A DNA stretch of 64,000 nucleotides from Tubulanus polymorphus (lineage: Eukaryota; Animalia; Nemertea). The first letter of the stretch is position 1. Each line of letters starts with the position of its first letter. Shown in pieces: positions 24,108 through 38,700 of the stretch. Under the pieces are notes generated by a model. It ran no database searches. It had not been told where the DNA came from and was given only the letters and a program-made list of their open reading frames with translations. A program made the position numbers and the translations under genes. The stretch spans positions 6,820,001 through 6,884,000 of the forward strand of contig NC_134029.1 of assembly GCF_964204645.1 (NCBI RefSeq). The letters run 5' to 3'.

Positions 24108-25014
24108 TACTATCACAAAAAATTCATAAAGTTTATGAATTTTCGCTATTACTGAATTACATACACAGATTCAGCTTTAGATTTCGTGCGTTCTGAACGT
24201 GCGTCCATAAAAATGATTTCTTTTAATCACCTTAGTTTTGGAGTTTCGATGAGCTATTCGGCATGCTTCGTTGATTAGGACACGCGACTCAACAATCAAA
24301 TGTTTCATTTTATTATTGCCATCGTCTTTAAACGTGCGCGGATAATTGCCATCATAAACGGATTAAGTTCAGTAAAGTATATTTCTTTGATAAAGGCCGA
24401 GTTCAAAATTTCAAATGGATCGTAATATGGCCTCTCTTACGCCCCAACCTTCCTAAACATGCATTAGAAATTACAATTTAGTATGTTTTAGGCTATGTTA
24501 GCATTATTTATATAAAAATAGCAGAAAGGGCATCGCATCGTGGGTATCCCCACGAATTGTTTATAAGGACGTGCATGAACGCTAATCGCGCCTAGGCGTT
24601 AACCGGTATAGTGAGTCGTTATACTGTTCATCCAAGTAAACTTAATTTGAAATTAAGTCTAGTTGGATGAACATTGTTACGAATAAAGTAATACCGTTTC
24701 AACCTGCCAACTTTCATTCTGATTTGATTATACGTATATAATCAGTCACATGCGCCATATCGATGTGTCGTAATTCGCGCAGTGGATTGAGCGACAAATA
24801 TCAAATTTTTAGCGTTAAATCTTTTGCTATCATCTGCTGAAGTAGAATTCTCACGAGGCGGTTACTGTTTAGCCGATAAGCTACCGTATGCCGGACTTTC
24901 TTAACGTTGTGGAGCTAATTAGCGCGAATGCGTCGGAAACGAATGTCAGACAAATGCATGTGTGTCACTAAATTACGCTGATCGGTGAAACGTCGTAAGC
25001 AGCCGCGGTGGTCG

Positions 25015-25160
<146 letters not shown>

Positions 25161-25239
25161 ACGGAAAAATTCGCGAGATACTGTTGTTGTTTTTTTTCAA
25201 TCACTTTGATTATATGATTTTACTAGCAGGTGAGAATAT

Positions 25240-25529
25240 TATGGTGGCAGATTCAGGTCATAACGTAAAGTTCCTCATATGCAAATGAGGGTGCTAGAAC
25301 GCCAGAAACGAAAAAACGTCGTATCTTCTTCAAAAATCTTTCGTTTTGGCGAAAATTCGACGTTTTTCATTTTTTTTCTGGCGAAGTCACCAAAAAAAAA
25401 ATTCTGGTTTGGTGGGGCGCTAAAAATGATTTTTAGAAAACTTTCGACGTTTTCCTTTTCGTTTTGGTGTTCTGGTGTCCTCATTTGCATATCAGAAATT
25501 TTACCTTAGGCCCCGAATCAGCCACCATA
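25240..25529. mobile_element. MITE with 6-bp TSD
   Basis: TIR TATGGTGGCAGATTCAGG / CCGAATCAGCCACCATA; TSD GAATAT; internal inverted ATATGCAAATGAGG pair. A related terminus occurs near 18689. Confidence 0.85.
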
Positions 25530-26709
25530 GAATATACGTATACCTGTCCAGCAAATATTTCACGTTCGTTAATTTAGTTTTATTTCCTAATTCAGTTATC
25601 CGTTCATGACGGATCATCAAATTCACCTGTCATCGATTTTTTTAAGTTCTTTTTTTTCAATCATTCGTCGTTCGTTCGAACGGATTATTGCACATGTCAT
25701 TTTGCATTACCTCTGGTAAATACAGCCCGGTTTTATATCCATAATTCTCTAATTAACAGCGCGCTGAAAAGGTATAATGAAAATCTTTGATGCCGTATTG
25801 AATGAAGGAAATCGGAGACGTTTTGTACGAGAAAGAAGTTGACGTATTCAGGCCACAACACATATGCGGTTAGTCGGTACGACTTCGAATATACATATAT
25901 TTCTCTTCGGCGACATTCGATCGGCTTGAATCGATTAAATACACCGAGATCCTTTGTCGATTTTGTTTTAAAGCAATACAAACGGAAAAACTCAATAAAT
26001 ATTTATTTCTTTATTATGAAAGCACAAAATCCTATACATATGCATATAGTTAAGTGGCCCGACCATACGGGAGCCAGCAAATGACATTGCGCAGTACTTA
26101 TTTCATAATAGTCAACGTTCATACCTATATACAGATTGTATTATAGTTATTCGATAGAATTCGTTCGCGCACTTGACTTTTATAATTGAATAGGTGGTTG
26201 GGACATGTAAAAAGATACCATTTGTAAAATATTTGTGGATTTGGAATGCTATACTTGTGGTAAGTTGAGCTAGTATTTGCTTTTAAAAACATTGTCTATA
26301 TCCATTGCCTTTAGAGTCGTTATTCGGAGCCATTTGAAATCAATTTATGTGTTTGCAGAAAGATTATCTTTTCTTTTTTTACGAATCACATTTAGTCGGC
26401 CAAATATTTGATATTTGTACATCTCGTCGCTTAGCTCTGCAATTATTTGAAACCCATTTTAGAAACGAATTAGGTGCATTCTCTCAAGTCCGAACAGTTC
26501 GTAATAAAACTAAATGTTTGTAGCCACATTTTACAACAAGAAGATTTTTTGCTTTGCAAAACTTGCCGCCCGACCATGATCTATTTTCTCATATTATTCA
26601 GAAACATATTTCGATGCAATTCAAACTTGGGGAACCTGTGGTTTTATTCTTCAGTTGTTGTTAAGAGAAAGTCAGTCAATGAAACTTCAGGTAGCACGAA
26701 CAAGTAGAA

Positions 26710-29700
26710 ATGGAAAGACAATTGGAATGTCGAACCTCTTCACAAGATAGCGACGCTTTGTCACCGACCGAAAATCTATCAGGCGCTCAAAAGTGGTCTT
26801 CCCTTGTGCGAAAAATAATCCTGGGCCGAAACGACTCATCGTTGTCGTCGTCGTTGCCAGATGTCGCTTCCAACCGTACAACGCAAGAAGGTTCAGCGGT
26901 TAGTTTTATTAAGCTATTCATTAGTAGACTACGACAGCCCACGATTAGCACGTTCGCCCATTTCAAGAGAAGGTTGCGTTCACAAACGAATAAGTCCGAA
27001 TGGGTTCGTGAGTTCATCGAAAGGAATGGAGTAACCGAACTGATCGAAAGTCTTGCACGACTATGCCATCATAAAAAGGGATATCATATTTCGGATACTT
27101 TGCTTTTATTGGAGTGCGTGGCATGTTTGAAATCGGTCATGAATTCGCAAGTTGGACTCGACTACATCATTGAAAACAAGGAATTTACGAGAAAATTGGC
27201 CCAAGGTAAGGAATAGGTATCAGGATTAAATTGCAAAAAAACTTGGTATCAAGTTCATTTTATTTTACTTTCATTGCGTCATAAATGAAAAATATGATAG
27301 TATATATTTGCAGATTTCATAATTCTTCAGAAAGCGTTGCATTTTATACGACATCAAAAAATTAACTCACTTTGAATATTGTGGCTAATCTGTCCGATGA
27401 CTCATTGAGTATTTATGCGCCAATTTATGAATTCTATTGTCGTTCTTTGTACCAGAAGTATAAGAAACATGTGCGCAATACACATCAAACCGGCCCGTCG
27501 GATCTTTTGGGTAACATTGTCGTCTGAGACTTATAGAACCAACGACCACTAATGAACTAAAATGCGGTTAATACTTTTTTTTTTATAACGTCAACTATGT
27601 CATATCTGATTGATCACCAACCGTTTTTCTTCATATTAGAGTATGCTTTTATCGCGGTGATTGAAGAAATCTAGGTATATGGAATGTTTTTGATCGCAAA
27701 TAGATGCGTCTTCCTGGCGTTTAGAGAATGCGGACTAGAAATCAATAGCGTATATAACGTATCGACAGATTGATGTTAGATTATGAAATAGAAACATTCG
27801 GTTGATTCAATTATAGGCCGAGTACATACCTTCGAAAGGTAACTAACTTGTTTGTTACAAAGCCTGCGGAAATAGAGCCCATTTCCACCATGTGTGGCAA
27901 AGAATTATGAAGAGCGTCGCGTTGCCTCGGTCAAAGACCTTGGCAAATACGATGTCGTCATTTGATACGGCAGCAAGTCTTTAGGTCAAATTAGACACAA
28001 AAGATACATATAAGGCGAAAATTAGAAAAATAAAAGACCACTCTTAGTTGAGGGGTTCTTGTTCTGAGTAGATAGCTTATAATCGAAACTTTTTGTTGTG
28101 GGCACCTCCCCTTGCACCAAAATCGAATTCATTATACAAATCTGTGTCGGTCCTCTTAGGCTTCACGCATCTCGATAATTTCGCCTGTTGAAAATAGTAA
28201 CTCACTGCGGGCCACCAACCTCATGAAAAGGACATGTATAAAAACTCGTTTATGACCGATGATTTGATTATGTAGAAGCGAGGTATCGTTCAAGTGTTTC
28301 GGTGTAGTGTATTAAAGCAAAAATCTCGATAATTAAATGTTTCCTTTTAACCTATTAGCAGATCTATAATGTCCGGATGGTCGACCATCCATGTGTCACT
28401 TGTATAAATTCGTATATGTAATTTGGCATGTTCTACTTCCAATTATTCCACACTAATCTATTGCAGTTTCATTTGTATACATGCATTTATTTCAACGATT
28501 CTGGCAGAAATCGGTTAAAAAGTGAATTATATCATGTGCTGACCTTTCGGACATTCGAACGAAGCTATTTTCTTTATTCCGTGGCGTATTATCTGCGTAT
28601 TTTTCGTTAAAACCGTTCAATTTCCCCGATTTTTGCGGATGGACAAGATTGAAATATAGGAATTATTTTTTCAAGCTAGTAATAACAACCCGATTTGTGG
28701 TATAGGTGATAAAGGCAACATCATTGTCGGCAACTTTCCCGAGTTGATTAGGTTCGTGTGACGGGTGCCACATGTGATCGGCTGTTGTTGTCGTACACGG
28801 GGCTGATGGTTTTGCGCGATTGTCTTTTACACGCATCGGTAACGCGTATGATTGTCGCCTTACGTAATTCTCGTATATAGTTCCAAATCGTGAACAGTTA
28901 AATAAAATCCCATTGTCGTAGTAATAAGCTCTTCATTTATATTTAATATCAGACGCACGCGCGCGATTCACTAAAATCACCAGGAGCCTTCCATAATATT
29001 GGATAAAGTTTTACGCTACTGTATTTCGCTAATTAGCTGATACTTAAATATTATATTATCATTATCGTTATTATCAACAAACTTGTCTTTTTCACGCGCA
29101 TTTTAATGAAAATGAACATGCATACAGCCCCTCGATTTGGCATATTTCCAGCTGGTGCATTCCCACGGACCGCTACACACACAACGCATACTTGGGTCAG
29201 CTTTTTAGCGTCTCCTTACGAAGAATATCAACGAGCATTTTGAATTCTTAGCCCTAGGGCAACATACCCATATCTCGCATTTTTTCTTCCAACAAACTGG
29301 AAGTAATTCGGTGAGAAACTTGGTTATTCAATTTCGCAATTACATAATATTCGCCTTGTATGTATAAACACTTGTGATATTTGCGCGTACAAATAGAGGA
29401 GGCAAACATTAATGGAAACCATTATTTTTCCAAATATCCAAATATATTTATATATTCTAATGCACAGCGTAGGAGATTTGCAAATGACTAATTCTGGTCA
29501 CCATCCTTTGTCTAGACGGCTGCTACGCAATGTACATACACCGACGGTATTTTTTATCGTCTGCGGATTCCAAGTCCCGCCGTTTCGACATTACGATCTG
29601 TCGGTAATGGACGCGCTAATACAGCGACCATGATTAAACTGGACAGACGATACACCCATGTATGTATATCAGAATTTAGTCTGAATACCAGTCGTTGTTA

Positions 29701-32700
29701 CGGTTCCTCACAACCGTTGTTTGGAGAACGACGGCTAGGTACTAGACTAATCAGAATTACAATCTATGTTCCGTCTATAAATCAGCAAGTTGGTACACTG
29801 GCGATGAGAATCAAATTTAAAATTAAATATCTAAACAACAATGAAAATTCGCAATTGTGATCTCCTACTTTCGTTCCGGATTCGTTCCTCATCCATTTGC
29901 TTTTTCTGGAGTCGGCGAAAGCGCTTTGAAACTGAAATGAAAAGTGAACTCCTTTATACTCGTTAATTTCTGCCATCGTCTTAACGGCATTCCATTTATA
30001 TCAGCTTCGTTTACGACGCAATGGATAATGGAATTATTCAAATTTTCTTCAAAAGAATACTTTCATTTTCATTGCGGAACTTCTGCGCAGCTATCACCTT
30101 TTGCGAGGATTTTACTTCGCCCATGGGAACAACATGTCAGGTTGTTTATTACAGTGCAAACTGTAGTAAGGTGCTGCAAATAATTTCCAGCAAGCGATAT
30201 TGTTATTATGTCATTTGATACTCCTTACAACGGTGTATATTTCGCTATGTGTTTTCAAGATCGTGTTTTTTTCAATCCAATTTGAATATCAAAATCAGTT
30301 CAACGATCGTGTACGTATTATTTCGAATAACGCAACATTACACAATGTTCTAATTTTTTGCGCGAAGCCTCTATAACTTGTCAACGATATAGTCTTGACA
30401 CTCTGTTTGTAAAAAGTCAAGAGTCATTTCAATGGAAAGTTCGGTTTTTAAATCAAACGAAGAAAAATATTCGTAATCTAAACACGTTCGCCACTCTAAC
30501 GCCGAGTTGAAAAATCGCCTAAGGAGCAGTCGGGATTTTGTTGATTTTTCCCCGCTTGAATTTAGTGACCGATTGTATACACGTAAAGAGCTGTCTGTCA
30601 ACGAATTGCGTTTGTAATTTCTTGAGCGCAAATATATGTGCTGTTTTTCGAAGTTCTTCAAAGACGTATTATCGAGTAAACAAAGACGAAAATATTTGAT
30701 TTGCCTTCAATTTATTCAAGTTTCACTCTCAACAACAATGGTTTTATACGAAACCGCCGCGGTTAAAGCTTGAATCGTACCTTTATTTCATTCTGGGTTA
30801 AACGTATTGGCTGAAATTTCCAGAAGTCTGATTTGTTAAATTCGCCCTGTCACATTGAGACGGTTTTCGATGGCGCGCGCGTTATTTGCAGACGACTTTT
30901 TGGAGTCCCCCGTTTTTTTGTCTACGCAACTCCCGAAATAATTCGGCATATTGACCCGGGATTGCACAGCAAACGACATGTATACTTGAAAAGAGAATAT
31001 ATGAATTAGTTTGTTGTTTATGTGGCTTTTCGAGAATAAAATGTTGTTTTGTCATGGTTCTGCAAACACACCAAGGAGCGCCTAGTGCGTATTCAAGTCC
31101 TAAATACTGTTTTGTCGGAGATTTTTCTGTGGTTTAATTACATGCATAGAGGAAAAAGCCATGTTCCATATACTTTTTACCAGTAGTTTTTATATATGGA
31201 TTTTGCTACTTGTTGATATATGTATTTATAAATCTCACGGCCAGATTAGATGATCCCGTAGTGGGGTGCATTTCACGATAAAAGAAACATTCTTCGATTC
31301 GGCTTTTGTCGATCTTGTGTAATGGCTGATCGGCTTTTTGTTGGAAACAACTGATATATTCATGCAATCTTACACTTCACCTGGCAATTAAAAATACCGA
31401 CACAAAATGTATAATAGATGTTTTTTTGGACTGAACGACTTCGGTACTGAAGTGTTTATTATGATTTACCCAAAGTTCTTTTGACGGTCTTCAGTCGACC
31501 TCCTTTCTCGGTTGGGTCTTGTAACCATGAAAAGAATTTTCGTCACGGCTCAGTTTTAGAGTTCCCAGAGGCACGTTTACCTCATACGCTCGTCTACGCT
31601 TGTGTCCATATTCTATGTTTACCGGAAAATTTTGGTCGGATGGGAGGAAATGCATTATTGGTAGGAGACCGTGGTTAGACTTATCCGAAAGCCCTTCTGC
31701 TGAACATACGTTCGGCTTTCAGGGTAGTCAGTTTTTTCAAATGAATTATTCAATAACTTTGAAACATCATCAAATCTCATTTTACATTGAATAAGAGCAG
31801 CGAGGCAATACACTATATATCAGCCGGTTTTATAATGACTCTTGTCTGGACGAAAAAAAATGGAGTGGATAAAATGAGAATGGTACATATACATTTACCC
31901 CGATTTATCAAATACAACACAAACTATCGATTAACCCGATTATTTGATTCCTGCAAAAAATAGAACCACAGTATTATGTAACCTCCTTGTTTTTGGATGC
32001 GAACGAACGTATGACTGAACGAGGACGACCCTGGCGGTAACTTGCAAAGTTTTAAGCCCTATTTGATAGCTACACGATTCAGGATTCAGTTTACATCTCA
32101 CCCGGCATGCGATGAGGGAGATTCTTGACCACGTATAAGGTTTACCAATTTACGACATATCTTGTCATTTTGTTCATTCCAATCATTTATAACACTGGTA
32201 TATATATCTCGGCTCTCAAGTTAAGGATAAATCTGTTTCGACACGATATCTTATCGTTTCTGTAATAATACGCATTTTTCAAATATTCTTCTAGTTACGA
32301 TTACAAACGCATAAAACATTGTAAAGTAGAATGTGTTATCGGAAGAACACGAATAAAGCATGTCATGCTAATCTTCCGGACATACAAGTTATTCACCTCA
32401 TTCACTGTCGTTATGATTAAAAAAAGATAAATCTATTTTGGGGCACGCACTCCATAAGTTAGAATAATCCTACGCACGTATCCTATCCACGGGATAGATA
32501 TCATAATAAAGGAAATCACGTATCGGATGGAAACAAATATGCATGTACAGAGTAACAGAACATTGCAACACTGGTGATCGAATTAACGAATAAATCTCTG
32601 AGGTGAACATTTACAAGCATCTGTAGAAAAATAGACTACTCGAAAACATATTTTAAATGTCTGTCAAGTCGTTCTCAAGAACTCATAAAAATGAATTAAC

Positions 32701-35700
32701 TTGACTCAACAGTATGTAAACAGGGTTCGTAATGACTTAACCATTTATATCATCAATTTCTTAAGTAGTTATATAACTGGCTCGTTGAACTTAAGTAAAG
32801 ATATTGATAAGCATAGTGTGTAGATCATGTCTACTCGATGGAAACCAGTTGAACTTGCGTCAGTTCGAAAATAAACCCGCCATTGGCTACGTGATTGCGA
32901 ACACGCGTGTACTTCATTAAAGTCCGCATTATATTTCTAAGAGATCTACCAAAAATAACCTTTGTATAATAATGCATTGACTTTCGGGCCAAATTTTTTC
33001 TCATTGCAACATTGCATTTTCTGAAAACCGAAAATATCGTTGGTTCATTAGGTGTCTATAGAATTGATATCAATTTGTGTGTATACGTTACATAACGAAG
33101 TTGTGATTGTGATTTTTAAAGCCATTGACATAATTGGCTAATGAACCTTTCTTTCATATACATACGTGCCAAAATAGGGTTGAGTAGGATTGAATTCTAT
33201 ATCGCCCGAAACAAGGAAAGATTGAAGAGCGGTTTAATGAATATGTATATATAGTGCTTGGAAATGTTTGACATGCGTGCCGGAGGCAAGAATGCATAGT
33301 TACTTCAACCCCCCAAACAGTATACAATTTCTACACGACCGTTTGACAAGGCAGACACCTGCAGTTAGAAAATCCGCTCTTCACACTTCTATTCTGAAAT
33401 AATTGGATCGCGATTTTAATCGGAAATGCTCGGCGGTGTGTCTTAAAAGTTGGCCACCGTTGTCTCCTGCGGTCGGAAATGTGTTATACGTTCGCGGATT
33501 AGTCCTTGTCGCGGTGAAGATATCCCGTATTCTCGGTGATTTTAGGCGAAATTGAATTCATAGAAATTTTCTCACCATTGAAAACACCTATTCTTAGTTG
33601 CTTATACCGCAAAACAACTAAGATAACTCGATGATGAATTAAGATCCCGATGAGCATTTTATAAACAAGACTCAATAAAAGCTGTCGAACTTAATTGTCC
33701 CAGTCTTCCGAGTAATCATCACATGTGCTGGGGCTTAGTATCTACGATTATTTCAATATAAGTGTAGAAAATCCCACAAATCCAAAAAGACGAAATGTTT
33801 AGTAGAAAATGAATATCCTGCAACGTTTCAGCTATTATCAAAGAGCCATCATCAGGCATACTGATAACAGATAAAGTCACATATAAATCGGGGAAGGATC
33901 CATAAGGGAGGAATACGGGGGATCGCACCCCCTTAAAAAGGTCAAGTTGCACTGAAATATCATGTAAAAATGAAAAATATTAAGCTGCTACCTAAAAAAT
34001 GTTAAATTAAGTTTGTTCTTTGTAGGTTCGAAAGAGATTTTAAAACACCAAAACTATAAAGAATTTATTAAAAACTCGAATTTTCGGTTTTATCCTAAAA
34101 ACCATTCTCAAGAGGAACACTCTTGAGAATGGTTTTTAGGATAAAACTGAAAATTCGAGTTTTTAATAAATTCTTTATTATAGTTTTGATGTTTTAAAAT
34201 CTCTTTCGAACTTGTGATTGTGGGACTCATATTTCATTCGTCTCTCGCGATTTATTGCGTAGTTTTATCACGTTGTTCTTTGTATTTCCAAATTTGAGTT
34301 AATATTTTCCGATGAGCTTTCTGTCAGATTGCCTTTTTAAATTATTTGGGAGGTGCACCCCTCCCTGAATCAGACCCTCGGTCCACCCTTGACAAGAATC
34401 AAACGAAGGAACTAAGTGAGCGAGTAAGTTCTGAAAAACAATCTTCCATCCTCAGTCGCTGTACGGAGAAATCGATGTAACCAAACGAAACGGAATGTAA
34501 ACGTTCGAATAAACTACATTTATTTTTGACTTTCGTAGATTTCAATAATTAGATCGCACTCGGCGCAGAATTGGGCCAATAGGTACTTGATGTACTTGAC
34601 GTGTTTGCCCCGGGTCAATTTACGAGAGCGCTTCACGGTTCTTGCTGACAATCCTCGGCAAACAACAACGACAAAAACGTGATCAGAGAATACCACCGTC
34701 GACTCATCGATCCGTAGCAGAGAAATGAAATATTTTACGCCGATATTAATAAGTTCATTTCCAATAACTGTTCCCACTGTTATTTTTCGCGAATAATAGA
34801 TCTTTACCGGTAAAACAATTTTCACCCGAATCTGTATTCGTATTTTCCTAAAATCTTTAAAGGGATTTGGCATGTAGATTCCATATAAGATTAATGAGTC
34901 ACTTATTTTAAATTAGAAGATTAAAGTAGATGATTATGAATTGTCTCTGAACAAATATTTGACAAAGTGACAAATGGGGTCGCCTGAGATTTATACCGGT
35001 ATCATATTTTAACTGTTCGTTAATAGAAAAAAACTGAATTGCAATCGTTAGAATTTAGATAATGACCGTCGCCAAGGAATGTATTTGTTGGTAGGAATTT
35101 TTCCTAAAATACGCGAATTCTCATAATTTTGTTTGTCGGTTCAGCGTAGAATAATTGAAATTCTGAATGTGTAGTTGCATGGACTCGATGGGACCACGAG
35201 AACATTTTTCTGCTCGGTGGGATATGAAATACTTACACGCATTCTTGAAAAATGAAAAGTAAATGTTTTTTGGCGTTGTCCACGCGCAACTCTCGACAAC
35301 GGTCTTCGCCCCTGGGGATGTAGGAACGTTCGGTGCACATTCCTATCATTTTTGCACGAAAAACGTGGAAGGAAATTAAAATTGCGCAACGATTTCCCAC
35401 GGGCTGTTTGCAGTTCAGAACATTGGAATTCCGTAATCTCTGTAGCATAATCCAAAGGCCCGGTTATTTGTAATAAAAATCAGTACTTCGAAAATTAATT
35501 GAAATAATGCACGGGTCTTTTTTTAATTTGAATACTGCCATGACGATTCAGTATATATTTCTAAATCTCGTTGTTTTTTTCAGCGTTAGATACCAGTAAT
35601 GGGGCCGTCAAGAAACAAATGTTTGAATTGCTGTCGTCGCTCTGCTACTATTCTACCGACGGGTACAATAGAGCTATTGATGCACTCGAAACTTACAAGG

Positions 35701-38700
35701 TACGTAGGCCATTCTCGTCCAAAAACTAAACCATTCTACGTGAAAAATACTGGAGTAAACGACCAACATGTACACCGTGTCCTATTTCAATGTTTCCTCT
35801 GACAGAGTTTGCTTATACATACACAGGAAATGAATTCGGGCGGAGTAATCGACATTCAAAGACATAACCAGGAATCGAACTCTCTATGAGAACCTCTGTG
35901 ACTGCAATTCACACATTTTACCGCACATTTTTTAAACAAACACCAAATTGCCTCGGGTAAACACTTGTGCGACAAATCTACACCAAAACATCAAATACTA
36001 GAATGCGTTTTTCGCCGATTAAAGATTGTAGAGAGGTTCGCAATAATAGCAACACGGGTCGCAATCGAATATCCCCTTTCGGTGTTATAAAGTGGACCGA
36101 TGTTTATTTTAAGAACGTTGCATGTACCTACAAGGATATGTTTCAGCTTAGGCTATTAGACATTTCCAGAAGAGTAAACATATAAATCTATAAACTTCGA
36201 CAAATAGAGAGTTTCTATACGACAATAAAGACATGTTCCTGGTCATAAAAAATAATTCGACTGTCATGCGGGGGAGTTTTTGATTGCAGGCCAATATTTG
36301 CAATATGATTTGGGAGCTGATGATAAAGGGCAGGTAATCATGAATATTTAGGGTAGGGGAAAATCGCTGTTTTGTCATTGCTGTTAAAGGGTCTAATAAA
36401 ATAATCAACCCATATCTGTTAAACCTGAACTAAAAATAATCATTCCCGATTGGACAGTTTGCTACGATATGCATAAGAAGCTTGGGGACCTTTCTAAACT
36501 GGGGAAATAGGCTCCAAAAGATAGTGTTCGGTGACGACGGGGTCTGTGTCTAATTTCTTCTTGTTCGGCTTAGTGACCATTGCAATATTCGCACATTCAG
36601 TACACATGCGTTTAGAGCGTCAATCTAACCTTCACAGGCATTATCATTCATAATAATGTATATACCTCTCAATGCGCCATGTCCAGAGAAAACCTTATTT
36701 CGCCCACAAAAACCACCGCTATTCATTATTAGCGTTTTATGACAAGTTAATATTGCCAGCGCGCGCTTAATATTTTGTGGTTTTATTTCCTTCAACCGGA
36801 ACTCTGTTATTTTCAACGGCTCACTGCCCTGGTTTTTCTGTTGACATTCTATCAATGGAGGCGCGTGTCACATCTTTCAACGTGCCCACTCCCTAACGAC
36901 TTGACAGGGAGAGTCTTCTTTGAAATTTCAGTAAAATCTAACCGCAAAAATTTTCTAATAGCCACGATTCGAGTGGATTGCAGGGATATTTGCTTTATTA
37001 TACCCGGATATTCTGTCTAACTTTTGGCCCATTTGAGGTCTGCCCTTCATTCAGGGAGGTATCAATTCCGAAACTGCATTATGAGAATTCAAATGCCGGT
37101 AGGTACCAAGTTTGATATCTTTATAGATTTATTAAGTTATAGTTATACTGTGGAAATATTTAGCAATTCGATTATCCCGAAAACCATTCTAGGTACTTAA
37201 GATTTGGTTAGTAAATTTTCTTTTCCAGTTTCGGTTTAGCCACCATTTGTTGCAAGACTCACTCAGGCGCATCTTTGATATTTCGAAAATTATCTAGGGT
37301 TAAGATAGAATACATACGCAAACTCATACACCCTGCCTCACTCCCGGCATGGTGTGGTGGGTTTTTAAGGGACAGCAAATCAAAACGAATCAGACAAAAT
37401 CTATCAACCAAATCAAGAATAGGGATAATCCTTTTTTTAAGATCAAACCATTATCAAACACTAATTCTATCGAATCTCTTGTCTGAGAAACTCAATGATG
37501 ATACCATCGCAACTCAATGTAACGCCTGTCGTTTGCTGTGCGACCCTTGATCCGAATTCGTATTTCATTCAAATATATACAATTTGAGGATTTTTGAAAT
37601 TGGCCTCAATTTCCAACCAGCACAAAAATATGTTACGTATCTACTCTTGTAAATATGTAAATAGTGAGATCAAATATCTTTATAGTACCAATGTAGAATT
37701 TAGAATTTAGTGAGTAGAAATTTCTACGAATTATTGAGATTATCTAAATATTTTCCTGTATAGATTTGTGTCATTTCCTGATAAATCTTAAGACATTTCC
37801 TTGCACCTGTGGACACGACTCTTTCTTGTTAAGACAGACACATCATTTATTTGTTCCCTGCTAATTTTCTTGAAGTGAAATTACACGAAATTAATTCAAA
37901 CGCACGTACACACAGCGGGCAAATATTGTTTGTTAGCTCAGTAGAATTAGCCATTAGAAACTTAAGTTTGAAAAGATTTAGTTTTATAAGCTACTCATTT
38001 ATGTTTAAATAGTTAGGTTTATAATGTCCCCCGTAAAGACGTCCTCAAAACGCTCACGGTCTAATTGGAAATGATAATTATATCTGAGGTCACTGCCTGG
38101 AAAGCTCACACCTTTGCTAATAATATATAGATACTCGTTGAAGTACATACTGAATGTTCCAGTATAAGCTATCTAAAAGCCGCTGAATTGAACACTACAT
38201 TTTAAGTAGAATAATTAGTTCCAAACTGGAATCAATCTTCAGAGTCCCTGCTCCTTCCTTTTTCATTCAAACATTTAGAATACCCCGCTTATATCGGGAA
38301 TACGAAATATTTAAGACCTATATCTTACTTATTGCTTCATTCCCATATATTTAATGTCATTCTTTATTTTTTTGGCAGAGTGAGAAAAAGACTCGTCATC
38401 GCTTTAGTATTTTAGTCGACGAACTGAGATTGGCAGAATCCACGCTGCCTTACAAGGGAATCATTCTAGCTTTCATCAACTGTATCATCAACCAGACCGA
38501 GTCATTAGATGAACGAGTCCGCGTTCGAAACGAATTTCTAGGTAAGTATATTCCCGGTTTCATACGGACGTTAGTCTCCGAATTTAACCATATGAGTTCA
38601 TTCGCAAGGGCCGATTTCATCGACTAGGAGGATTGAGATTTTTTGTGAAGCAAGGGTGAGCTTGTTAAAGACACTCTACACTAAACCCCGTGGCCGGTTT

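Noticed and set aside
30371-30661. Nested antisense ORF in formin intron 1
   Set aside because: Short, non-ATG start, no recognisable motif or supporting splice structure.
34520-34873. 117-aa antisense ORF in formin intron 1
   Set aside because: No recognisable homology or exon partners; probably a chance ORF.
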